A stretch of 62,916 bases of DNA, filler included, from Thraustochytrium aureum (Eukaryota): the NCBI GenBank assembly GCA_012862495.1. It is 3 parts of one record of this genome, joined end to end, with 100 filler letters (N's around TTAATTAATTAA, not from the genome) between each part and the next. Parts side by side here need not be neighbours in the genome. Positions count along the whole stretch, not along the records: positions 20,937 to 46,099 come from BLSG01000182.1; 2 more parts are not named here. One strand, written 5' to 3'. Shown here piece after piece: positions 23,529-34,826 of the stretch (position 1 is the first letter of the stretch; every line of letters starts with the position of its first letter). Both the position numbers and the translations under genes were made by a program. The notes beneath the pieces were generated by a model that saw nothing but the letters and a program-made list of their open reading frames with translations, made no database searches and was not told where the DNA came from.

Positions 23529-24644
23529 TCAGTCGCCTTTGGATTTTCCGAGCCCTCGTGCCTCGAGGTGGTCCAGCACACGGCGCCAAGCGCGCAGCGA
23601 GACCTTGATATTGTAATGACCCAGGTGAGGAAGCAAGACCGCCTTATCCGTCCCGAAAAACGGAAGCAGTGCGCTCGACGGCCGCACGAGCGGGTCGCAG
23701 CCGCCCGTGATCCCAAAGTAGACGACGCGCCCCGACGAGGCGCTCAATTCCATGCGCTTACGCAGCGCGCAGAGAGCTTGACTCGTTGGGCAAAAGTCAG
23801 CATGAATCCCGCCCTCAGGCACCAGCCCGGACCTGGACACGATCGGATGCTGTTTGGCCCACAGCAAGAGCGCGCTCCCAACGAAGGGTGCGCTCCAAGC
23901 CACGACGTCCGTGACCGGGAGCCCGTGGTCGCTTTGCTCGGCGATAAACGACGAGACGAGGCCGCCAAGGGAATGCCCGATGAGGACGACGCGGTCCGGC
24001 TTGAGCCCGCGCGCGGCGATGTGGCCTTTGATCTGCTCGAGGGCTACGGAGCTGCAGCCCTGCACTGAGCCCGTGGCGTGTGACGCCGACGTGAGGATCG
24101 GCCCGCCAAAGTAGTTGACGGTCATGAACGCAACGCTGTCGGGGCTGAACCGGGAGTGGAGGAGCAGCCGCCCAAACAGGTACTGGCACTCGTTGAATCC
24201 GTTGCCGTGGATGAGCACGACTACGGTTTTGGGGGACGGCTGGCCCAGCCCCGGCGGCGAGTGGTCAAAATCCTCCCCAGCGGCCTTGAGTTTCGCGAAC
24301 ATGAACAAGATGCAAAATGCGCACGGGACAATGGCAAGCTCCGTGACGAGGGTGAACGGCACGCCGATCAGCGTGCGCAGGCGTTCGGGCAGCGTCGAGT
24401 CGACGAGCGCGTCCACGACGCGCGGGATCAGCCCTGCTGGGAGCGACACCAAGTTGCGAAAGGGCATTGGCGCCCACTTCGAGGCCACGGTCAAGTTGAG
24501 CCCAAGGTGGACCCCGACGACAATGTAGCCCAGCGCAGCAAGCGCGACGCGCCCGAGGAAATCGTCGCCTGATGTGGTCCACGCCCCGGCGATAATTGCG
24601 CAATTGAACACAAGCAGCGAGGCGAGCGGCGTGACCCACGGCAT
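23529..24644 (-). CDS. Membrane-anchored alpha/beta hydrolase (lipase/esterase-like)
   Basis: N-terminal TM segments, VVVLIHGNG, nucleophile elbow GHSLGG, SAPFVGS, candidate Asp in GCDPLV and His in HLGHYNI. Confidence 0.8.
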   Translation of the reverse strand: MPWVTPLASLLVFNCAIIAGAWTTSGDDFLGRVALAALGYIVVGVHLGLNLTVASKWAPMPFRNLVSLPAGLIPRVVDALVDSTLPERLRTLIGVPFTLVTELAIVPCAFCILFMFAKLKAAGEDFDHSPPGLGQPSPKTVVVLIHGNGFNECQYLFGRLLLHSRFSPDSVAFMTVNYFGGPILTSASHATGSVQGCSSVALEQIKGHIAARGLKPDRVVLIGHSLGGLVSSFIAEQSDHGLPVTDVVAWSAPFVGSALLLWAKQHPIVSRSGLVPEGGIHADFCPTSQALCALRKRMELSASSGRVVYFGITGGCDPLVRPSSALLPFFGTDKAVLLPHLGHYNIKVSLRAWRRVLDHLEARGLGKSKGD

Positions 24645-25614
24645 GACGANNNNNNNNNNNNNNNNNNNNNNNNNNNNNNNNNNNNNNNNNNNNNNNNNNN
24701 NNNNNNNNNNNNNNNNNNNNNNNNNNNNNNNNNNNNNNNNNNNNNNNNNNNNNNNNNNNNNNNNNNNNNNNNNNNNNNNNNNNNNNNNNNNNNNNNNNNN
24801 NNNNNNNNNNNNNNNNNNNNNNNNNNNNNNNNNNNNNNNNNNNNNNNNNNNNNNNNNNNNNNNNNNNNNNNNNNNNNNNNNNNNNNNNNNNNNNNNNNNN
24901 NNNNNNNNNNNNNNNNNNNNNNNNNNNNNNNNNNNNNNNNNNNNNNNNNNNNNNNNNNNNNNNNNNNNNNNNNNNNNNNNNNNNNNNNNNNNNNNNNNNN
25001 NNNNNNNNNNNNNNNNNNNNNNNNNNNNNNNNNNNNNNNNNNNNNNNNNNNNNNNNNNNNNNNNNNNNNNNNNNNNNNNNNNNNNNNNNNNNNNNNNNNN
25101 NNNNNNNNNNNNNNNNNNNNNNNNNNNNNNNNNNNNNNNNNNNNNNNNNNNNNNNNNNNNNNNNNNNNNNNNNNNNNNNNNNNNNNNNNNNNNNNNNNNN
25201 NNNNNNNNNNNNNNNNNNNNNNNNNNNNNNNNNNNNNNNNNNNNNNNNNNNNNNNNNNNNNNNNNNNNNNNNNNNNNNNNNNNNNNNNNNNNNNNNNNNN
25301 NNNNNNNNNNNNNNNNNNNNNNNNNNNNNNTGCCTGCGTGCGGCTTGTGTATGCTCGCGGAGCTCTGCCCCTCGTGGCGTTCGTCGTCGTCGTCGTCGTT
25401 GTGTTTGTTGTTGTTGTTCGTGCAAGGGGAGGACTTGGCGCCGCTCGAGGTTGACTTTGGTGCCAGCAGAGCCCGAACGAACGCGCGCAGGCATCGAGCG
25501 GGCTGAGGAGCAGGCAGTGCCTGCAGAGTAGCGCGGGGCTGTCGGTTGGTTTCGAGCGCAGCGCGAGCCAGCTCTGTGGCCGGGTCGGGTTGGTGGAGGT
25601 GCAGACGCCTTGGA

Positions 25615-27044
25615 ATGGGGCTCGCGATGGACGTCGTTGCCGGCCTCGAGGCGTGGGTCATGGGCGCGCCTGCGTGGCAGGCGTGGGCCGTGGCCGTGGT
25701 GGTGGTCTATGTGGCGCAGCGCATCGCGTTTCGGCCGAGGGTGGTGGCCAGTCTGGAGTTTTATGATAAGGATAGCGTCAAGTTGAAGAAGGCGCGGCGG
25801 AAGGCGTTCCCGCCGCCGTACCCGAACGGGTGGGTTCGAGTCTGCTCCGCCGTGGACGTGGCCGGCGGGAAGATCAAGACAATCAGCGCCCTCGGGCGCG
25901 AGCTGGTGGCGTTCCGCGGAAAGGACGGCAAGGTGGGCGTGCTCGACGCGTACTGCCCTCACCTCGGCGCGCACCTGGGCAAGGGCGGCACGTTGGTGGA
26001 CGGCAACATCCGCTGCCCGTTTCACGGATGGGAGTTCAACACGGACGGAAAGGCTGTCACTATTCCGTACTGCCGCACCGCGATCCCTCCGCGCGCAAAG
26101 ACCAAGGCGTACCACGTCCGCGAGCACCTCGGGATGGTCTTCATCTGGTTTCACGCAGAGGAGGACAAGCAGGAGCCCGAGTGGGAGCTCGAGTACCACA
26201 AGGACTGCCTCGCGGACGACTTTTACTTTGTCACTTCTCGTCAGATGGTCTTTGACCAGCACGTGCTGGAGATGCACATGAGTGAGTTGCCTGCGTTGGC
26301 GCGTTTGCTGGGTCACTGGTTTGCCGGGCCGCTGCTTCGCCGCGTCGCCGCCTAGCTGCCGGCTTGTGCCGCCTACTCTATAGAGTCACTGACGGCGGAA
26401 GCCACGCTTGCCGCGCCCGAAGACTCCGCCGACTATTTCCACTTCCGTAAGTTGCAATTCAGCAGACACTGCCCCGCTCGGCTTTCGCTGACGTGGTCGC
26501 GCGCTCTCCAGAAACCCTCCACAGGCCACTGCCTTTCCCAGTGCTCGAGCACTTTCTCTTCGGCCAGCACGACCTCAAGGCGGACTACTTTTCGAGCAAA
26601 GACCAACCACACGTCTGCTTTTTCGAAGAGCGGATGGTGCAGCTCCTCCTGTTTGGCAAGCTCAGCATCATCCCGCGCGCCATTCTGCGCTCGATCGACG
26701 TCAAAGTCACATTCGAGGGCCCCACAATCGTGCACTTCTCGGTCAAGACAGTGTTTGGGGAGATGCGCATGATCAAGACGCTTCTGCCTGTTGCTCCGTT
26801 CAAGGTTTACGTCGAGGCGCGCTGGTGGGCCTCGCGGTACGTGCCGCGGGTCCTGGCGTACATGATGAGCATCTTGGCTGCTCGGGCGCTCGAGCAGGAC
26901 CGCGAGGTCTGGGAGAACAAGATCTACCAAAAGCACCCCATGCTCGTTGCCGGCGACGGGCCCTTCCCCGCGTTCCGGCGCTATTACGACCAGTTCTACA
27001 CGGAGAACAGCGACAAGATGGCCGAGAACGAGCTGGAGTGGTGA
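25615..27044 (+). CDS. Rieske oxygenase, Neverland/DAF-36 cholesterol 7-desaturase-like; exons 25615-26281, 26423-26446, 26512-27044
   Basis: N-terminal TM, PPPYPNGW, Rieske motif DAYCPHLGAHL...CPFHGW, spliced non-heme iron motif EMHMNSADYFHFQTLH, C-terminal EQDREVWENK...LVAGDGPFPAFRRYYDQFY. Confidence 0.88.
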
Positions 27045-29139
27045 TTGGCGCTGTGCGCCCGATCGACCCTCATCAGTCAGCCCACACTCGACGGCGTTCC
27101 TGCGGTCGGCTTGCCGGATCGATAAGTGGATATCGGGCAGGCCAAGGCACACGCACGGCGCGAGGATGGGTGATGGATNNNNNNNNNNNNNNNNNNNNNN
27201 NNNNNNNNNNNNNNNNNNNNNNNNNNNNNNNNNNNNNNNNNNNNNNNNNNNNNNNNNNNNNNNNNNNNNNNNNNNNNNNNNNNNNNNNNNNNNNNNNNNN
27301 NNNNNNNNNNNNNNNNNNNNNNNNNNNNNNNNNNNNNNNNNNNNNNNNNNNNNNNNNNNNNNNNNNNNNNNNNNNNNNNNNNNNNNNNNNNNNNNNNNNN
27401 NNNNNNNNNNNNNNNNNNNNNNNNNNNNNNNNNNNNNNNNNNNNNNNNNNNNNNNNNNNNNNNNNNNNNNNNNNNNNNNNNNNNNNNNNNNNNNNNNNNN
27501 NNNNNNNNNNNNNNNNNNNNNNNNNNNNNNNNNNNNNNNNNNNNNNNNNNNNNNNNNNNNNNNNNNNNNNNNNNNNNNNNNNNNNNNNNNNNNNNNNNNN
27601 NNNNNNNNNNNNNNNNNNNNNNNNNNNNNNNNNNNNNNNNNNNNNNNNNNNNNNNNNNNNNNNNNNNNNNNNNNNNNNNNNNNNNNNNNNNNNNNNNNNN
27701 NNNNNNNNNNNNNNNNNNNNNNNNNNNNNNNNNNNNNNNNNNNNNNNNNNNNNNNNNNNNNNNNNNNNNNNNNNNNNNNNNNNNNNNNNNNNNNNNNNNN
27801 NNNNNNNNNNNNNNNNNNNNNNNNNNNNNNNNNNNNNNNNNNNNNNNNNNNNNNNNNNNNNNNNNNNNNNNNNNNNNNNNNNNNNNNNNNNNNNNNNNNN
27901 NNNNNNNNNNNNNNNNNNNNNNNNNNNNNNNNNNNNNNNNNNNNNNNNNNNNNNNNNNNNNNNNNNNNNNNNNNNNNNNNNNNNNNNNNNNNNNNNNNNN
28001 NNNNNNNNNNNNNNNNNNNNNNNNNNNNNNNNNNNNNNNNNNNNNNNNNNNNNNNNNNNNNNNNNNNNNNNNNNNNNNNNNNNNNNNNNNNNNNNNNNNN
28101 NNNNNNNNNNNNNNNNNNNNNNNNNNNNNNNNNNNNNNNTGCGAGTCTGCGCATCTCGCGCGAGGACCCGTGGTCCGCCCGCCCGACATCTCGCGAGAGT
28201 GCCGCTCGGCGACGGGCGGCAGGCGCTGCGAGCCCCAGCAAGAGCCTTCGCGGCGCCGGTCGGCCAGCCCCTGCGCTGCTTCCGCGAGCTCGGTCGTTCG
28301 AGGCGGATCGGCCGAGGATGGGCGGGATTGGATCGAGGTCGTCCTGCCCACGGTCGTCATGCAGCAGCCCTGACGCGAGGATGCACTGAGGCAGGCTGCC
28401 TGGTTACCGTGCAGGTCGAGTACATCGTCGGCGCGAGAGATGGCGACCCCCATGCAGCGAGATGCAGGGGTCTTCTTCTTCATGACTCCTGATGGCTGGC
28501 AGCCGGCCGGGGGTGGGCAGCCTCGAGCTCGTGCTAGCCAAGCGCAATCGCCGCTTGCGCGCCGCTGCGATGTCACGCCGAACCCAAGAGTCAAGTCAGC
28601 GTCAGAGCTAGCCGCCCGCAGCATCGCCCGAGAAACTCTCTCCCGCGGCGCCGATAACGCATCGACGAGGCGCCGGCATTTCTCGGCGAGTCCCCGCCAT
28701 GACACGCCTCGGCCCGCGATCACACTCCAGCACCAGGGGAGTAGAGACGCGCGTCGGCAAGGGGCGCAGGAGCCGTCGAAACCAAGCTAGCTCCGAGCTG
28801 CTCGGGGCCCTGGTTGGCGTTGGCGTCGGCGTTTCCTCGGCTTGCTGGAATCATCGGGGCAGAGCAATCAATTCAAGCTCTCATGACCGGCAGTTGCAAG
28901 CAAGCGACCAGGACCTGATCGTTGGCAGACCCTCAACGCAGGCAGGCAGGCAGGCGAGCAAAGCGGACTGGCCAGGCAAGCACGGCCCGAGGCACTCGCG
29001 CACGGCCTGCGGCGATCGATCGCGCTCGGCCCGAGGCAACCGCGCTCGAAGGCGGCACGGCGGGGTTACGGTAGTGCCGGCACTCGGACCAAGAAAAAGA
29101 AAAAGGTGACGGCTGCTGTGGGAACTGGAGGCCGCTGAC

Positions 29140-32100
29140 ATGGAGGGAGACGGCAATGGCGACGAAAGGTCGCCGCAAGCTGGGCTGATGGAGGAGCAAG
29201 TTGCGCTGGAGAGCGGCGGAGGCGCGGAGGCCGCGAAATCGCCAAGTGCGGAACAAGAGGAGGGCGCTCCTGGCCAGGCCGATGATATGGCCGACGCAAT
29301 GGCCGACAACGCCGCCGCGGGCGACGCCGGCCACGCGTCGCCCCCGGCAAGCGGACAAGACGAGCTGGCGCCCGCCGACGCGCAACTGCTCCAGAACCAG
29401 CCGAGCCAGGACGAGATTCTCAAAATCAGAGCCCTGCTCGGCCGACTCCAACGCGAGGTGGCCGCCAAGGCAGACCCGAACCTCTCCGACAAGGGAGGGG
29501 CGTCCAAAGCAAAGGCCCTGATCAAAGGGAAAAAATCCAGCGTCGGCGAGCCCATCACGGTGAGCCTGCTGCCCGAAGAGGTGGAGCTCCTGGCCCACCT
29601 GTTCGGGCGTGGCTTGATTCGCATGCCCTCCAGACTGCAGGGCATGTCGCGCTTGGAGCAAACGCGGCTTCTAATGTCCGCGACCCACTACGCGGAGGTT
29701 TTCCGCCGCGTTCGCGGTGACAATTTCTGGTCGGTCAACGTCGGGTTCAAAGACCTCACGTACGCCGTGACCGTCCCGGCCACGTCGCTTGGGGTGCGCA
29801 CGGTGGGCACTCAGCTTTCCGCGATGTTCTCGCCCATTGCCCGATGGGTGCGCGGCCTCAGCTCCAAGAAGCAAAAGGTCGTCGTCCTCAACAAGCTCTC
29901 CGGGTGCTTCAAGGCCGGGTCGCCCACACTGGTCCTCGGCCCACCCGCCTCCGGCGTGACCACGCTCTTCAAAGCGCTGACGGGGCGGCTCGCCGAGTCA
30001 AAGACGCACAAGCTGACGGGTACGCGGCTTTACTCGGGGTTTTCGCCCGAAGAGCTCGCCGTGTCCAAGCTCGGCACGTACGTCGACCAGGTGGACAATC
30101 ACCTTGCAGTTCTGACCGTGACCGAGACGCTCGAGTTTGCCTACAAGCTGGCCGGTGGGGCTATGTTGGAGAGCGCCGCAGAGAGCGACGTGACCGACGA
30201 GGAGCTGGCCGAAGCGCGCCGTACGCAGGAAAACTTTCCCCAGTTCGTGATCCAGAACTTTGGACTCAACAACTGCAAGAACACCATCGTCGGAAACGAC
30301 ATGCTCCGCGGCGTCTCAGGGGGCGAGCGCCGCCGCGTGACCAACGCGGAGATGGTGATGATGCGACGCCCCTTCGTCGTGTTTGACCAAATCAGCACTG
30401 GGCTCGACAGCGCGGCCACGTACGACATTTCGAGGCAACTGTGCGGGGTTTCGCGCACGCTGGACTCCACGTTCGCGTGTGCTCTGCTTCAGCCGCCCCC
30501 CGAGGTCTACGAGCTCTTTGACGAGGTGATGATCTTGGCCGAGGGTCGCATCATGTTCCACGGCAAGCGCGAAAACGTTCTTCCCTTCTTCGAGTCGATC
30601 GGGTTCACCTGCCCCCCCGCGCGCGACATTGCCGACTTTGTCCAAGAGGTGACGACGGACATGCGCACAAAGTACCAGACGCGACCCAACGCGCCCTCCT
30701 CCGCCAAAGAGATGGCCGCGGCGTGGAGGGCGTCGCCGTTCTCGGCGGAAAAACGCGCAGAGGTGGAAAAGTGGTGCGACCCAGCGAACAAGGTCGATCA
30801 CGAGGTTCGCCGCAAGCGCTTCGCCAAGTCGAGNNNNNNNNNNNNNNNNNNNNNNNNNNNNNNNNNNNNNNNNNNNNNNNNNNNNNNNNNNNNNNNNNNN
30901 NNNNNNNNNNNNNNNNNNNNNNNNNNNNNNNNNNNNNNNNNNNNNNNNNNNNNNNNNNNNNNNNNNNNNNNNNNNNNNNNNNNNNNNNNNNNNNNNNNNN
31001 NNNNNNNNNNNNNNNNNNNNNNNNNNNNNNNNNNNNNNNNNNNNNNNNNNNNNNNNNCAAAGTACGCCAACGCGTTTCTCCCCGAGTTGAAAATCGTCTT
31101 GAAGCGGCAGATGCAGCTCGTGCTGCGCGACAAGTCCTTTATCATGGCGCGCATTTTCCAGGCGTTGGTCATGGGCGTGATCATCGGCACTGTGTTTTTC
31201 CAGATCTCTCCGCTGACCGGAAAGTCCCGCTCGGAACAAGTGACCGCTGTTGCGCAGCGGTACGGTGTCTTGTTCACGACAATCATGCAAGCTGCGTTGG
31301 CCGGCATGGCTGGCGTCCCTGTGGTGATCATGCAGCGACCCGTGTTTTACAAGCACGACCGCGCGTACTTGTTCCGCGTGGGGAGCTACGTTCTCGCTGA
31401 GCTGACCAGCACCCTGCCCGTTTCGGCGGTCGAGTCGATCATCACGAGCTCGCTCATCTTCTGGCTGACCGGCATCGTGCCGCTCGACGCCTCGGACGTC
31501 GTTGCGCAGTACTTTTACCTTATGCTGCTCATCTTCTGCATGAACATTTCGTTCAGCGCCTTTCTTCGGGCCTGCGCGGCCTCGGCGCGCTCGCCGGCCA
31601 TCGGGCAGGTCTTTGCCGGTGTCATCGTTGCCTTCTGCGTGCTGTTTGGTGGCTTTACCCTCACTCCCGACGTGATCCCGCCTTGGTACATTTGGATCTA
31701 CTGGCTCAACCCGATGGCCTGGGCGCTGCGCTCCGAGATCATCCAGGTCTTCAACTCGGACGCTTTCACGCCAGAGGAGACCTCGTTTGCGTTGGGGCTC
31801 TTCAGCTTCCAAGAAGAGTTTTTTTACGTGTGGCTCGGCGTGGGCATGCTCCTCATCTACCTCGTCGTGAATGTGCTCCTCTCCTGCTTCAACTACAAGT
31901 TCTTTCGCTATGAGAGCGCCGGAGGCCAGGTCAAGGACACTATGCTCGAGTTGGACGAGGACGTTGACGTGAATCAGGCCTGCGAAGCGTTCCTGCGCGA
32001 GGCAAATGGGGAAAAGGCGGACGGCGAGCTGAGTGCGACTGTGCCTTCCGAAGGAGACAATCATGGTGCCATCGCCGACGAGGTCGAGGTTGCTATCGCG

Positions 32101-34455
32101 AATCAAGATTCTCACACCGCAGGTGCTGCCTTGGGCGAGGCGAAACTTCCTTGCGACCTCGTGTTTCGCAACTTGTGGTACTCTGTGCCCAACCCTCGGG
32201 AGAAGGGCGAGAAGATGGATCTCTTGCAAGGCGTTACGGGTTTTGCGAAGGCCGGCACCATGACTGCCTTGTACGTTAACGTTGGGCGTTGCTGGCTGGC
32301 TGGCTGGCTGGCTGGGTTTTGCGCCGCGCGTCCGCGTTCTGCTTGCTTGGCGCTTGCCTTGATTGCATGCATGGTCTTGCTAATAACGAGTCCACCCGGT
32401 CGCGCCGGATGTGTCGCTCACGCACAGGATGGGGAGCTCTGGGGCCGGAAAAACCACACTCATGTAAGTCGAGCAGGGATGGCAAGGCGGCTTGCTGCGT
32501 GGCAAGTGCCGGTCGCCGCTGTAACAAGCAAAGCTAACACGCAGCCTGGTTGGCGGCCGCCTCTTGCAGGGACGTGATCGCCGGACGCAAGACTGGAGGG
32601 GAGATTCTCGGCGACATCCTCGTGAACGGGAGGGCGAAGGAAAACGCGACGTTTTCACGGATTGCCGGCTACGTCGAGCAAAATGACATTCACTCGCCGC
32701 ACGCGACCGTTTTCGAGGCGATCGTGTTCAGCGCGATGCTGCGGCAGCCGGATGGCGACGGCAACTCGGAGGAGGCCAAGCTCAAGTTTTCGGAGGCCGT
32801 GCTCGATGCCATGGAGCTCGGCCCGATCCGCGACTACGAGATCGGGTTCAAGTCTGAGGGCGGGCTCTCCACAGAGCAAGCCAAGCGCGTCACGATCGCG
32901 GTCGAGCTCGCGGCCAACCCTTCCATCTTGTTCGCGGACGAGCCTACTTCAGGGCTCGACGCGCGCGCGGCGGCTGTCGTGATGCGCGGAATCCGCCGCG
33001 TCGCGAGCTCGGGGCGAACTGTCGTCTGTACCATTCACCAGCCGAGCAAGGACATCTTCGAGCAGTTCGNNNNNNNNNNNNNNNNNNNNNNNNNNNNNNN
33101 NNNNNNNNNNNNNNNNNNNNNNNNNNNNNNNNNNNNNNNNNNNNNNNNNNNNNNNNNNNNNNNNNNNNNNNNNNNNNNNNNNNNNNNNNNNNNNGACATG
33201 CTCCTCCTGCTCAAACGCGGCGGCCAGATGGTCTACTTTGGCGAACTAGGCGCTGGGGCGCAAGAGCTGCTCAAATACCTGTACGGCATCCCGGGCACGC
33301 GACCGATGCCGGACCCGCGCTACAACCCTGCCACGTACATGCTCGAGGTGATCGGAGCCGGGACGTCGAGCTCGGTGTCGATTGACTATGCTCTCGAGTA
33401 CGGCGAGAGCGACTTGCGCCTGAGCAACGAGAGGGCGGTGGAGGCGCTCATCCAAAGCAACCTGGAGGACCGCATCGAGGTTGTCGTCGAGGGAAGCCAC
33501 GCAGCGAGCTACTGGACGCAGCAGCGCGTGCTGCTGAAAAAGTGGTTTCTCACGTACTGGCGCAGCCCGACGTACAATCTCACGCGCGCACTCGTCAACA
33601 TTTTCATGGCGCTGCTGTTCGGGACCGCGTTCCTCAAGCGGGGCGAGTCGCTCGAGTCTTCGACGGACATGCAGTCGTTCATGGGCATCATCTTCATCTC
33701 CACGACGTTCCTCGGCATCATCAACCTCAACACGACGATTCCCGTGCTCTTCGCAGAGCGGGCGCCGTACTACCGCGAGAGGGCCGCGCACATGTACAGC
33801 GTCGAGCCGTATGTGCTTGCGTACACCGCCGCCGAGCTGCCGTACCTCGTGGTCACGTCGCTCATCTTCCAGTGCATCTTTTACTTTTTGGTGTCGTTCT
33901 CTATCTCGCCGGCGACATTTTTCCTGTTCTGGTTTTGTGTTTTTCCTCTTCATGACGGTCATGACTTTCGTCGGGCAGGCGCTGGCGTCCCTAATGCCCA
34001 ATCAGCAGGTGGCCACAATTCTGGCGGGCCTCTTCACGAGCCTCTCCACGCTCTTTGCGGGCTTCATGATCGCGGTGAAGGACATTCCCGTTTTCTGGCA
34101 GTTTGCCTCGTACCTCGACCCGTTGCGCTACGCGTTCGGCGCTCTGGCGCAGATCCAGCTGGATTGCCCTTGCGCGGTGGACCCGGGGGCCACCAGCGTT
34201 GCTGGCGCGCTTTGTGGCGGTAGGCCCTGCAGTGAGGTCTGCCCAAGCACACGCGAGTACGTGGGCTGCTCGTTGATTACGCTTGGCAGCGGCTCGAGCG
34301 TCAACGTATTTACGGCAGACCAGTACGCACAGCTTGTCTGGGGCTTCGACACCTCCAAGACGCCGGCGTTCATTGGAGCGCTGATTGGCTTTATCGTTGG
34401 CTTTCGCATTCTCGTCTGGGTCGGCTTCCGTTTCGTCAACTATACCAAGCGATAG
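29140..34455 (+). CDS. Full-size PDR-type ABCG transporter (NBD-TMD x2); introns 32271-32427 and 32464-32569; frameshift near 33935
   Basis: NBD1 [33 protein letters not shown]1 [21 protein letters not shown]2 spliced [86 protein letters not shown]. Confidence 0.96.
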
Positions 34456-34741
34456 TTGGCGCCAAAAAAGCCGGATTTTGCCGCTGCTCTCTCGAGTCAA
34501 GAAAAACCGGTCAAGGCCGTCCGAGCGGGCTCAGCCGAGCCTCAACCGAGCGGGAGCGGCCTCAGCCGAGCGCCCCCGACATGTGCGAACAAGTAAAAGA
34601 CATCAAAATAATTTCCTTGAGATCGATCAAATCACACAGAGGGGCGGGCGGCTCGCTTGCTCGACCGCTCGACTGCTCGAGCGCAAAGCAACCCTGGGAG
34701 CCACGACGAGCCCAATATTGTCAAAGGCCGCAGGCACGCCC

Positions 34742-34775
34742 AAACACACAGACACACAGACACACAGACACACAC
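34742..34775. repeat. (CACACAGA)n microsatellite
   Basis: ACACACAGACACACAGACACACAGACACACAC seen directly. Confidence 0.85.
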
Positions 34776-34826
34776 CAACCATCCAGACGACCGAGGCAAG
34801 GACGCTGGCATGGATGGGGGCACACA

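Noticed and set aside
28140..28790. Coding-like fragments between the Rieske gene and the PDR gene
   Set aside because: Short, frame-switching segments next to a gap with no recognisable domain.
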